Below, piece after piece: positions 11,301-20,488 of a stretch of 64,000 nucleotides of DNA. The number at the start of each line of letters is the position of its first letter. Within the stretch, counting starts at the first letter, position 1. The position numbers and the translations under genes are program-made. The stretch spans positions 1,959 to 65,958 of IMG/VR virus record IMGVR_UViG_3300018018_000003; one strand, given 5' to 3'. Source of the DNA: a virus (Duplodnaviria; Caudoviricetes). The notes below the pieces were generated by a model, which was not told the DNA's origin, ran no database searches, and was given only the letters and a program-made list of their open reading frames with translations.

Positions 11301-14300
11301 ATCCGACTCATCGGCATTGGAGTTGAATTTCTTGCTTACATTCCTTGCATTGGTATCGGCTTTCCTTCTGAGGTCATCTTCCCAATTCCTGACTTTCTCA
11401 AGTAACTGTTTATGCTCATCAGGTGTGAGTTTCTTATCTATGAAGTCCTGCTGGACATCATCAATGTCTGTGTAATACTTGCCATTGAACTCCACTCCCT
11501 GATCTGCTATAGGCTTCTCTGCTGGTTTTTCTTCTGGGAATAGGTTCTGTTGCTTTTTGACTTCCCCTATCTTAGAATCTCTTTCCTTGGTTAAATCAGC
11601 AATCTCCTTGGTTAATTGTGCCGCCCTCTCATCAAACTTCTTCCCCACCGCATCAATGGTTTCAGGAGTTACCTTAAATCCCTGTTCTCCCGGCTTAATA
11701 AGATCACTTGGTTTAGCATTAGGGTCTCCGAATATCTGATTCCTGCTATCAGCCTCAAGTTTGGCTTTTTTCTTCTGGTCGGGAATCTTGTCAAGTTCCT
11801 CCTGCCTTCCCTTTATCTGATTGTTATAATATTCATATATTACTGCTACTTTTTTTTGTTGTTCTTTTGTGTATTTGGGCTTTTTTGGAGGTTTTTCAGC
11901 ACCTTCTGTTTCAGCTCCTCCTTCTCCTTTAGGAGTGCCTGCAGGTATGTTATCTTCTGGCTTCTTGCCTTCTGTATCAGTTGGTTTTGGAATCTCTGTT
12001 TCATCCTTCTCTGTTTTAGGTTTTTCTTCTGTCTTAGGCGGTTCTTCTTCTCCAAGGCTATTCCCATGCTTGCCGTCTCTCATAGTGCCATCAGGGAACA
12101 TCGTGGCTTCTTTCTCCGGCCCATCGGCTGTCTCCTTATAAGTAAAATGGAATCCTTCATCGGTGACATCAATACTTAATACATCCCCTCCATTTGGCTT
12201 TAACTGTTCATCATAGAATCTCCTGAGAGGTATCTCCATCTTATTGGACTGTTCATGTGCCGATCCCTGTGCGGATGAATAGAGAAGTCCTTTCTTCTCG
12301 ACTTTATATTCCTCCCATATCTCATGTGCGGCGACAAACTTCTTATATTCATCGTCCACGTTATTTGCTACATGAATATCTCCATGAGGATTCCATTCAG
12401 GATAGACGGCGCTATTGCCTCCTTCCGTCCAGTTGGAATAGAAATGAGTCTTCATGTAACTGTCATCAACGCCAATGACATTACGCCCATTTTGATTCCA
12501 TAAGGGTGTATCGGGGATATTATCAATATCTTCTGATGTAAACTCCTGATCGGCTATACCGAACCGTATCTTTACGCTTTCAGGAGTGTCTTTGTCTCCT
12601 TTGTCCCAGAGTCTTGCGCTTGGCTTTTCTGCTGCTCCTGATACTTCTTCTTTCGGCTTTTCTTTTTCTTGTGGTTTTGTCTTAAATGAATCCACCATCT
12701 TATCTCTTGCTTCAATCACCGCATTCTCATCACTACCTGCTTTGACTGCAAAAGAAGCATCCTTGCCATCTACTTTGACATTATACATATCAAGGGCATC
12801 ACTGCCATCCGGCTCATTCCCCTCCTGCTTACCTACATATTCAATGTTATTCTTTTTGGCTATTTCTTCTGGAGACTGTTCTGTTTTTGGGATTTCAGTT
12901 TTGGCCTTAGGCTCTTTTGTTGTCTTGGGTTCTATCTTGCTTACATCAGCCTTGAACTTGCCCCATTCGGGATGAGCCTCTGCAGCATTGGCTACCTGAT
13001 CACTCAGTCTTTTATTCTTGCCCGTACTTGCCTTGATGAGATTTTCTTGGAAGGTCTTCTTGTCCCAGTCCTCCCATTCTTCCTTCGGAGGCGTCTCAGC
13101 CTTCTCTTTCTCGGCCTTGGCTTTCTCCTCGGCTTCCTTTGCTTCTTTTGCCTTTTGAGCCTCTTTCTCTGCGTCCTCGGCAATCTTATTCAAATCCCTC
13201 TCTTTATTTTCAGGTTTCAGCTCATTATAGTCATCCACAGACTTTGAGAATATCTTCTCTGCATTCTTTTTCTCCTCATTGATCTTATTCTCCAATCCTG
13301 CCACCTTAGCTTCTTTCTCCGTAGGATTTAAGGATTCATCGTTTTTAGCGTCATTAAGCTCGTTTTGCATACGGTCAATGTTCTCCACCACCGGAGCTGC
13401 CTCCTTTCGCCTGGGGTCGTTTTCCTTGATTGTAGTGCGGAATTTATCAGTCCATATCTTCTTTTCTCTTGCAGATAATACAGGACTGTCGTTTATGCTC
13501 TTTAAGAAGGCATCGGGGTTTCTTAAAACAGACTGAGTGACAAAATTTATGTTAATGGCGTTGTCCACCACATTCTTTTGTGCTATGAGCTGTGATTTTT
13601 TATCAGGGTCTTTCTCATTCTGAATATCCATAAACAGCTTCATGGACTCTTCTCTTGCCTTCACAGGGTCAATATTCATTGAGTTGACCAGCCGGATATT
13701 ATTATCCGTGGCGGTCATATAACTGAGCATAGCCCTTTTTGTGAGAACATCCTTGACGGCTTCTGGCGTATCGAGCATCCCAAAAGTAAATCCCTGCATC
13801 ATCCCTTGGGCAAAACTGCCTCCTTGTGCCTTTTCCAATCCCCCAAAGCCAAGTGAGTTTGCCAATAGCTTTACTCCATGTGTTGTCCATACTCCGGCAC
13901 CCATGTCCTTTGCAAGTTGTCCTGCCTCACCGGATAATATGCCAAGACTATTAAATAATAATCCTTGCTCTACTTGTGCCCCACTCTGACCGACAATCTC
14001 TTTTACAGGCTTACCTTCTTTCATCCCTTCCGCATAACTTTTTAATCCAAGGTATGCAGGGAATTTAAGCATATTCTCCAATCCGTATTTAACCAATAAA
14101 GGAGCTTTTGCCTCAGGGAAGAGACTCATGGAGAATAAATCCGGAAGGAACTCACCCGTGGCTTCCAATGACTTCCCAAACTCATCATGCGGTGTCTCTC
14201 CTGTCTTTTCGGCTAATGTCTTATCCAAGAAGTCGGCAGTCCTTTCATATCCCTCTTTCATCAGGCTTGCAGTATTGCCTCCATATAAACCATTATCAAT

Positions 14301-14987
14301 AGATTCTGCAACTGCCCTTGAGTATTTCTTTAAGGTAGTATCGCCCGTTATCGCTGCTTGTGCCTTGACTCCCAATTCAAGGCTCTCAACCTTTAATTCT
14401 TTCGGATAATCAACTGCCAGATAGCCTATGTCCCTTACAAGGTTTGCAACACCCTTATAAACGCCTTTTGAGACGGCTCCTATATAAGATTCTTCCGGTT
14501 GTGGATGAGTGACTGGTATCTTATCTTCCTGCGGTATATTTATACCCGTAGTGGATACGGGCATATCCTCTCCCTTATATTGTTTGTTTTCAATATCCTT
14601 TAATGACGGCTCTCCCTTGGGTGCCATACCCTCGGGTAAATCAAGCCCTAATGTCTTTGCGTTATTGTCTTTATGAGGATTCCGACCTATCTGATCTTCC
14701 GGAATAGTGCCACTAACTTTTGATAAAACCTTTGAAAAGGCTTCTGATGTAGGCAAGCCATAATCGGTAGCATCTTTTTTTTTTAATCCGAGAGTATGGG
14801 AGAAGCTCTCATAGGTATCGGGAGTATCAAATTTATTCGCCTTGAGATAGTCGTAATACTTATGAGCATTCCCCTCATCAGATAATGTCTTTTGAAACGA
14901 TTCAAAGTTATCCGGCACATCAGCCTTTGCTGACTTCAGATAGTCGTAATACTTCTGAAGATTAGTATTGTCGCTTGTTACTGCCAT
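8400..14987 (-). CDS. large internal virion/ejection protein (2195 aa, polyvalent type)
   Basis: last gene of the tail module; Gly/Ala-rich hydrophobic segment, K/E/P-rich linkers, internal HExxE domain, helical C-terminal region. Confidence 0.7.
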   Translation of the reverse strand: MAVTSDNTNLQKYYDYLKSAKADVPDNFESFQKTLSDEGNAHKYYDYLKANKFDTPDTYESFSHTLGLKKKDATDYGLPTSEAFSKVLSKVSGTIPEDQIGRNPHKDNNAKTLGLDLPEGMAPKGEPSLKDIENKQYKGEDMPVSTTGINIPQEDKIPVTHPQPEESYIGAVSKGVYKGVANLVRDIGYLAVDYPKELKVESLELGVKAQAAITGDTTLKKYSRAVAESIDNGLYGGNTASLMKEGYERTADFLDKTLAEKTGETPHDEFGKSLEATGEFLPDLFSMSLFPEAKAPLLVKYGLENMLKFPAYLGLKSYAEGMKEGKPVKEIVGQSGAQVEQGLLFNSLGILSGEAGQLAKDMGAGVWTTHGVKLLANSLGFGGLEKAQGGSFAQGMMQGFTFGMLDTPEAVKDVLTKRAMLSYMTATDNNIRLVNSMNIDPVKAREESMKLFMDIQNEKDPDKKSQLIAQKNVVDNAININFVTQSVLRNPDAFLKSINDSPVLSAREKKIWTDKFRTTIKENDPRRKEAAPVVENIDRMQNELNDAKNDESLNPTEKEAKVAGLENKINEEKKNAEKIFSKSVDDYNELKPENKERDLNKIAEDAEKEAQKAKEAKEAEEKAKAEKEKAETPPKEEWEDWDKKTFQENLIKASTGKNKRLSDQVANAAEAHPEWGKFKADVSKIEPKTTKEPKAKTEIPKTEQSPEEIAKKNNIEYVGKQEGNEPDGSDALDMYNVKVDGKDASFAVKAGSDENAVIEARDKMVDSFKTKPQEKEKPKEEVSGAAEKPSARLWDKGDKDTPESVKIRFGIADQEFTSEDIDNIPDTPLWNQNGRNVIGVDDSYMKTHFYSNWTEGGNSAVYPEWNPHGDIHVANNVDDEYKKFVAAHEIWEEYKVEKKGLLYSSAQGSAHEQSNKMEIPLRRFYDEQLKPNGGDVLSIDVTDEGFHFTYKETADGPEKEATMFPDGTMRDGKHGNSLGEEEPPKTEEKPKTEKDETEIPKPTDTEGKKPEDNIPAGTPKGEGGAETEGAEKPPKKPKYTKEQQKKVAVIYEYYNNQIKGRQEELDKIPDQKKKAKLEADSRNQIFGDPNAKPSDLIKPGEQGFKVTPETIDAVGKKFDERAAQLTKEIADLTKERDSKIGEVKKQQNLFPEEKPAEKPIADQGVEFNGKYYTDIDDVQQDFIDKKLTPDEHKQLLEKVRNWEDDLRRKADTNARNVSKKFNSNADESDKNLKDEDDKLQMRILPPDVISKGNTVLWKHLFAPLRDKVSDAIANRLQAGLESQNNAIRNLAKFAEMAYRGLARTQKDTFGTDESGKKVQVGELEMRGTSGIFARNESQWLMNNLRDIVGGSEESLENVFDVLDPELSTKPKKYGDLSNSEKNLYWAVRDWNTWVHETTFANGFIDAKTYMKFKDPNTGEVQYLGREYDTHLQEDEDRLTAEMRALTQTGDNGIITGIYKARQEVNEAMQEHAIKDPAYLTALRVRQTIQNDARIKYMNSIVDNHPNFVRTLKPGEDVPKGFDLLGNFRKWGPFRNKAVLHSIVEDFTGFHFANTAANTWYDAFKVYNRQKFNQFYRAWRTSLNPFVQTGNYTGSHFFGAINGFNPLEILVEKENWKKEAKNRTALYKAVEKSGVLLESGVTGEKIPDFAKKTSMYQTLTGDQTLIDKARTLFNRGQKLAGQNYIDVENNVKGAAYLICRKQGLTHDQAVRRVYDSFRNYAHIGKLWDVASKTPLIGPTFVKFQADMQRIMLNGITMNPLTTIGNLALISAIGATFSYMSGETPEQKKEREHRKGTPQISLPFGLSIPLSFKVGKSEVNAARYLSPMYNYVGEDNSATLSDLSKFLPFQFQKKDKSKLFPTAVFGDATWGFVGSAVLADRDFRNQSISNPTSNKWRDPNPSTWSRIINVLHYAARSQVPFFRSGEDIYDAMTGKLDYYGRKRTIIQSLLNNVIKVQQFNDPELKAHMERQLEYTVGEYADLAKSMGDAEGDYNRTVQRAIENGATGDALTRIEKAADRVRASEINHSLKEMIPVNQEIDSLTMMYSKWNPDDPFIKENGTKMREGMTRRFNVLNGVEFQKKYPEEYMLLKNNQVLKAPKVPDYYLQKPLTAEDKERYANIYWTNYLNMLKGFVPGGLTKEAFEKAKKQTWQRGMTLTDEEPKETNLLKEMARQAEEQATNIASATFRNKKAESENP

Positions 14988-16306
14988 TTTATTCCGCTTT
15001 TAACTGTTTTTGTTTCTTTCCCCATAATAGTTTCCAATGTCGTCTGCTTGCCATCATCACCTATTATCGGGACATTTTCAATACCCTTGTCAGCAAGTTT
15101 GTCTTGCGGGATAATAAATGTTTCTTTGTCCATAATTTCTGATCCCAATGCTGGACTCTTTGCCCTAAATACAAATGCCTTCTCATTTGGGAGATAATTA
15201 ATGAGTTCACAAGGAGTGTTATTGCCATTATAGACATCCCTCTCTTGATCTCCTATTACACCCTTGGTTATCCCCATATCTTGAAGATTGACATTAATGG
15301 TTGATTTAGGATTGAAGTCATAATGCTCATTATAAGTCTTGCCTCCATAAACAATGGGTTTATCTGATTTCTGGCCGGGAGCATCGAGTTTTAAATTACT
15401 TCCCCCCACGTTTATTGATATTCCTCCCTTGCTTGACGGCTTCTGAATGTATTCCTGTTTGTATTTTGGATTATATAAAGAATAAAGGTATTCATCATCA
15501 GTCATCTTAATTCCATCAGTATCCGGCTGGTCATCGGGATCACTTTGCCTTATTACCTTTATACCTTCTTTCTGCGCAGGAGTCATCGTCCTATATATAT
15601 TCCTGAACTCCTTTTTATTCTTTTCCACTATATCGGGAGTCACTTCCCCTGATGTCATTGTATATTCTTTATCTCCCGTTTTTGGATTAATCGTTTCTAC
15701 TTGCTTTCTTGGAGGCGGTGTAATCCTATCTTTATTCTGCTCAATAATCTTATTATAATCTGCAGGAATTGGATTATATACTATCGCATTCTGTAATAGA
15801 TTTTTCCTATCCTCAATGCTATGACCCTCGAGAGCCTCTGCAAGTTTCTTCTGTGTCTCATCCCAATTCACTTTCCTTTCACTTGGCGGTAACGCATCTT
15901 CCTGTTCGTGTAATTGCTGAATCTTGTCATATACTCCTTTTTGTACTTCCCATTGATCAGCCAGATTTTTTGTCTGAGCATGGTAGTCATTGAGGTATTT
16001 GAATAGTGTCACTTCGGCATCGTTCTTTGGATTGCTCAGGTTCATTCCTTTCTTCATAGCCTCCATAGCAACTTTATAGGCGGTGTTATTCCTTTCCTGA
16101 AGCTCCTGAAACCCTTTCTGATCCTCCCATCCCTTTAAATTGGTTACGAGGTTAGACAGGTATTCTTTATTACCCGCCTCTTTTTGTTCATAGAGAGCCT
16201 TCTGGACAGCGAACTGTTTATCTTTGAGTCCCTGAACAAACTCTACAGGATTGAACTCGTCTTTTAAGACGGGCGCTCCCTGAAATAATCCTGATTGTGC
16301 TGCCAT
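14978..16306 (-). CDS. putative internal virion/ejection protein
   Basis: helical, charged 442 aa protein between the pilot-like gene and the large ejection gene. Confidence 0.6.
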   Translation of the reverse strand: MAAQSGLFQGAPVLKDEFNPVEFVQGLKDKQFAVQKALYEQKEAGNKEYLSNLVTNLKGWEDQKGFQELQERNNTAYKVAMEAMKKGMNLSNPKNDAEVTLFKYLNDYHAQTKNLADQWEVQKGVYDKIQQLHEQEDALPPSERKVNWDETQKKLAEALEGHSIEDRKNLLQNAIVYNPIPADYNKIIEQNKDRITPPPRKQVETINPKTGDKEYTMTSGEVTPDIVEKNKKEFRNIYRTMTPAQKEGIKVIRQSDPDDQPDTDGIKMTDDEYLYSLYNPKYKQEYIQKPSSKGGISINVGGSNLKLDAPGQKSDKPIVYGGKTYNEHYDFNPKSTINVNLQDMGITKGVIGDQERDVYNGNNTPCELINYLPNEKAFVFRAKSPALGSEIMDKETFIIPQDKLADKGIENVPIIGDDGKQTTLETIMGKETKTVKSGIKWQ

Positions 16307-16310
16307 GATA

Positions 16311-17051
16311 TTATTTATTTATGCCACCTTCGTATGATTGAAAACTATATCCTGTTGGTGAAGATATTCCACTCCCACTTCCAATTCCAATCCCGTTTCC
16401 GCCTCCCTGCCCTGACTTGCCCATTAATGTTTGGAGCCATCCCATCACATCATTCATGGTGAAATTCCCCTTGCCTCCTCCATATACTCCTCCTTTGGCA
16501 AGTGCCGAGTAAAAATCGGGAGCTGCGGCTGCTGCCCCTGCCCCTGATACTCCACTGAACATATTCTGCTGTCCCGATGCGCTTAACTTTTGTGCCTGAT
16601 CCCTTGCCATGAGATACATATTCTTCTGCCAGTCCTGTTGCCTGTCCTGCGCCTGACCAAGCGTATTCTCTGCGCTGAAGTACCTGTTTGCCCCTTCCGC
16701 ATTATAACTTAAATCGTTTTGTGCGAGTTTGGCTTGTTCCTGCTGTCCTGATGCAATAGCCCTGCTTATTACTCCAAGCCCTTCCGAACCAGAACTCATC
16801 TGTGATGCAGCCTGTAACCCCGCTGCCGTTGCTCCTCCTATCTGATTACGTGAGATTTGGCTTCCAGGTGCCTGTGGTGCGTTCATCTGACCCTGTGCCG
16901 TAGCTGCTGCCGTCTGATATGCGGGAGAGATGGCATTGGATGGTTGCGGTGTATTCCGGGCAATCTCATTACCTTGTCCTATCATACCTGCTCCCATAAT
17001 AGTCTTGGCTAAAGAGGGGATTAGTGTTAATATTAATGCTAATGGATTCAT
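16311..17051 (-). CDS. pilot-like ejection protein
   Basis: hydrophobic N-terminus, Ala/Gln/Gly-rich; follows the tail stabilisation gene as in podoviruses. Confidence 0.65.
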   Translation of the reverse strand: MNPLALILTLIPSLAKTIMGAGMIGQGNEIARNTPQPSNAISPAYQTAAATAQGQMNAPQAPGSQISRNQIGGATAAGLQAASQMSSGSEGLGVISRAIASGQQEQAKLAQNDLSYNAEGANRYFSAENTLGQAQDRQQDWQKNMYLMARDQAQKLSASGQQNMFSGVSGAGAAAAAPDFYSALAKGGVYGGGKGNFTMNDVMGWLQTLMGKSGQGGGNGIGIGSGSGISSPTGYSFQSYEGGINK

Positions 17052-17062
17052 GGCTTTATATT

Positions 17063-20038
17063 TTAAACATTTCTTTCTGATGGTGTTGAAAAGATGACTA
17101 CCGAATCAATCCTTACCTTATCCGTATGTTCCTCGGTATGGAACTTGAGATAACAATACCTTCCTCTCATGTCCCTACCGTTTAACTTGGCATCAAAGAC
17201 ACTTGAGAAGACTCCCGGGGTGTTAATGTCTTTCATTATCTGTCCGAAATAAACTCCCTCCCTCTGCTCAAAGACAGGTATATTTGTCTGCATGAGCTGA
17301 TGGCTCTCTGCCACCTGTTGAGGTATATAGACATATTCATCAAGGCTCTCCAATAGATGATCCGTAAATAATCCTACTGCGTTAAATACCTTATTCTTCT
17401 GCGGTTCTATATTAGATACCACTTCCAGTTCGGCATCTGTCGGTATGCCTGACCATGATAAGTAATCCTGTCCTTCGTCACTATTCATAACCCATAATGT
17501 CTGATGATATAAATGTGCGAAGAAATTTCCTAAATGAACATAGCTTTCCGTTATTTGATCTATCTCGGAGACAAACCTGCCCGTGGCTTCGCTGAATATT
17601 ATCCCCTTGACATTCCCATTCATATTGAATGTGATCCATACCTCTTCATGCTCATTGTTTATCCCTATGCGCACCTGAAGAATGCTTGCCCCTCCCGATG
17701 ATCTTATCCATATAAGGAGGTCTTTGAACCACCTCGACATCCTGTATTCCGGTCCTGATAATACTTTCTGACCATTGGGATCTGACCGTATAAGCATTCC
17801 TTCATTGCAGTCATAGTAATATAAGTTGCGGTTATTGGCTACTATGCTATCGGGATGCTGACAGCCATAGTTATCATCCATGGGACGCATCACCCCTAAA
17901 AACGCATCTGTAAGCGTAAATTGAGACGTTCCATCGGGATTAAAGGTCTGTACCCTGTTTACATAGATGCTCGTCTCCTTGTGCTCCTGAATGACTTTTA
18001 AGACATATCCTACCTCTCTCAATCCTGTTATTATCCCGTCTTTTTCCGGAAGGTCACGGAAATCCACATCAACAAAATGGGCAATATTATTAGTTGTGGT
18101 GCCGGTTAATAGGAATCCTCCGTTACGAATCCTCTCATCCAACTGAACCTGTTTTAATGTGAGGTCATATATGAAGGGGAACCCGCATGATGTCAGTTTG
18201 TTGTCAATGACCTGACCTACCCACCAGTCACTCGGGAATATGCTTTCTGCCCAGAATGGCTGAACACTGCCCGTATTAACACCTCCTGCAAAACTATAGT
18301 TAAGACGTGAGAACTTCCAGCAGTCATTGGCAGTATTATAGACTTGTGCGGGCGTTACTAATACCCCCGCAGCATTGAATACCTGATTTACATTTCCTGT
18401 ATGATATAAGTTGCCATTACTGTCTGTGGCTATATCAAATACCATACCGCAACCATAAGCTATCACCTGTCCTAATCCTTTCTTTGGACGATAGAGTTCT
18501 ACGATTACGTTCATGGGTGAAGGGAAATCCACTCCCGCTACATGTGCAGTAAAGATAATCGAATTGCCCGAATAAGTAAGGTCGATGCCAAGTGCTGATA
18601 ATGCCGATATGTTCCCGGCAGTGGTGGCGAAGTTCTTTGCTGTCTGCGCCAATCCTGATGCATCCCATGTAACCGTTGCCTCATACGTCCCACAGCATAT
18701 CGTTGCCGTTCCAGTTGTTCCTGTAAGTGTTAGCGTATCAACCCTTGCAGTAGGGGTGGCAGGATCATTGGGTGTTGTATGAACTACCGTTCCTGATAAG
18801 TCACCCGTAAGATTAGTTATTGCCGTTGTCCCGAGGTCGAGATCGTGCGGATGGCTCTTTGCCTGAAAGATAAGATAATCACCGGTTGTGACACTGCCGT
18901 CTTCCGTGCTTGTACCCTCCACTTCATAATCATAAAGGATGGAATATTTCGTAATTACACCTGTACCTGCATTTATCGTGCCAATAAGCCTTATCCTGTC
19001 CCCTAACTGCCATACATAAGCACCTGTCTGCCATCTGTTATTTTGAAGATACGTCCATGCAAAAGTATCATTGACATCAAGAGAATACCTATCCACACCA
19101 TAATTAAGATGCCACACTCCGCTCTCCCTTATCTGCATGAAATAATCCATTGAGTTATTGCCAAAATAGACTATCTCGTATGTCTTTGCCCATGAAGGAG
19201 GCTGATGGCTTATACTGAATGTGAGATTGACAATAGAACTGAGAAGGATGCTTGCTCCATTAGGCTCAGTATAAAATGGTATATAGACCGCATCAAAAGG
19301 CATCACTGAACACTGTCTCCCTGACCGATCTTTATATACTATCCCGAAGCTATGCGATGATCCGCATTTAAGGTCGGGATATTTATTTGCAAAGCCATAG
19401 CGTAAATAATAGGCACTGTAAGTAAATCCCGAATAGACCGTATTGACATCTCCTGCCACCCATTTCGGTTCACATCCGTATTGTGCGTTTTCCGGGTACA
19501 TCAAAATCTGATTTGGCACTGCCGTTGTTTGTAAGACAAAGCCATTTGTTGTCATACTGGCTATGAGTCCATTCTTTAAATCCAACCCCACATCCCCCGC
19601 CTTGACTTCATACGATGCTGTCCTGCTTGTGATTCCTTTGGATGGACATGCTATCGTCACATAATACCAATCATTTGCTATGGGATAATCAGGCAGTGTA
19701 AGTATTAAGAGTCCATAGACGGTTCTCTCTGTCGTATTTGATGATGGATTTGACCAATAATCAGTATGATCCATGAAAGGTATTATGGGAAGATTAGTCT
19801 GTCCCCCTGCCGCAGATACATCCTGATATGTTATTGCAGATGTTATATTGGGCTGTATGACATCCTCTCCTTCAGTTATCTGTCCAAACACAAGGGCATT
19901 GCCTCCCACTACCTCCATACGACCTGCCTTAATAGGTATATAGGTAAAGGGTTCAGCCATGATGTTCACATCCATGACTGCCGATACCTTGTCGTTATAG
20001 AAGGTACGAATAATGTCCGTGTTGTTTGGATATATCAT
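17063..20038 (-). CDS. tail stabilisation (nozzle/muzzle) protein, C-terminal piece
   Basis: TFYND...P..A...E..GN.LVFG...EG, LK.G..H.FGIVY.D..GR, YGCQHP.S, KVFNA, REG.YF, NG..MRG.Y as recalled from crAss-like tail stabilisation proteins. Confidence 0.75.
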   Translation of the reverse strand: MIYPNNTDIIRTFYNDKVSAVMDVNIMAEPFTYIPIKAGRMEVVGGNALVFGQITEGEDVIQPNITSAITYQDVSAAGGQTNLPIIPFMDHTDYWSNPSSNTTERTVYGLLILTLPDYPIANDWYYVTIACPSKGITSRTASYEVKAGDVGLDLKNGLIASMTTNGFVLQTTAVPNQILMYPENAQYGCEPKWVAGDVNTVYSGFTYSAYYLRYGFANKYPDLKCGSSHSFGIVYKDRSGRQCSVMPFDAVYIPFYTEPNGASILLSSIVNLTFSISHQPPSWAKTYEIVYFGNNSMDYFMQIRESGVWHLNYGVDRYSLDVNDTFAWTYLQNNRWQTGAYVWQLGDRIRLIGTINAGTGVITKYSILYDYEVEGTSTEDGSVTTGDYLIFQAKSHPHDLDLGTTAITNLTGDLSGTVVHTTPNDPATPTARVDTLTLTGTTGTATICCGTYEATVTWDASGLAQTAKNFATTAGNISALSALGIDLTYSGNSIIFTAHVAGVDFPSPMNVIVELYRPKKGLGQVIAYGCGMVFDIATDSNGNLYHTGNVNQVFNAAGVLVTPAQVYNTANDCWKFSRLNYSFAGGVNTGSVQPFWAESIFPSDWWVGQVIDNKLTSCGFPFIYDLTLKQVQLDERIRNGGFLLTGTTTNNIAHFVDVDFRDLPEKDGIITGLREVGYVLKVIQEHKETSIYVNRVQTFNPDGTSQFTLTDAFLGVMRPMDDNYGCQHPDSIVANNRNLYYYDCNEGMLIRSDPNGQKVLSGPEYRMSRWFKDLLIWIRSSGGASILQVRIGINNEHEEVWITFNMNGNVKGIIFSEATGRFVSEIDQITESYVHLGNFFAHLYHQTLWVMNSDEGQDYLSWSGIPTDAELEVVSNIEPQKNKVFNAVGLFTDHLLESLDEYVYIPQQVAESHQLMQTNIPVFEQREGVYFGQIMKDINTPGVFSSVFDAKLNGRDMRGRYCYLKFHTEEHTDKVRIDSVVIFSTPSERNV

Positions 20039-20039
20039 A

Positions 20040-20477
20040 TTAAGTTAAATAGATTATCCCAAGGGCATTCCACTGAATGAGGCTTGTGCCGTTATTCACT
20101 ACCTGGTCTGTAAGGAAGTCAATGATTGCCCGTAGCTTATATGTTGACTGTCCTGTGCCTCCTGTAGTCGTATAAAAAGCCCCATAGCGATAGTCAATGC
20201 TCGAATTGGGGCCTATCGAGACATCTTGCGCATCGAGAAAATAGTTATTGCCATCGGCATTGGATGACAGACCGTTCATCAATATCCCTCCTGCCTTATA
20301 AGCGCCCGGAGTACCGCTATCGGTGATCTCATAAGCCACCACATCCGAGACATAATGTTGTGTTGCCGGATTAGGGGTGAATGAGTTATTAAGGAGCATG
20401 AGATACCATACTTCACCCGTCCACCCATCGGTGATCTCTTTCTTTACGTATTTCGGAATACAACTTAGATTTGCCAT
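20040..20477 (-). CDS. small virion/tail-associated protein inserted between tail stabilisation pieces
   Basis: MLL...FTP.....Y.SDV...EI.....Y.AGG..., IDF..DQ...NG...IQWNA.GI, a widespread phage structural family. Confidence 0.6.
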   Translation of the reverse strand: MANLSCIPKYVKKEITDGWTGEVWYLMLLNNSFTPNPATQHYVSDVVAYEITDSGTPGAYKAGGILMNGLSSNADGNNYFLDAQDVSIGPNSSIDYRYGAFYTTTGGTGQSTYKLRAIIDFLTDQVVNNGTSLIQWNALGIIYLT

Positions 20478-20488
20478 AATATTATTTT

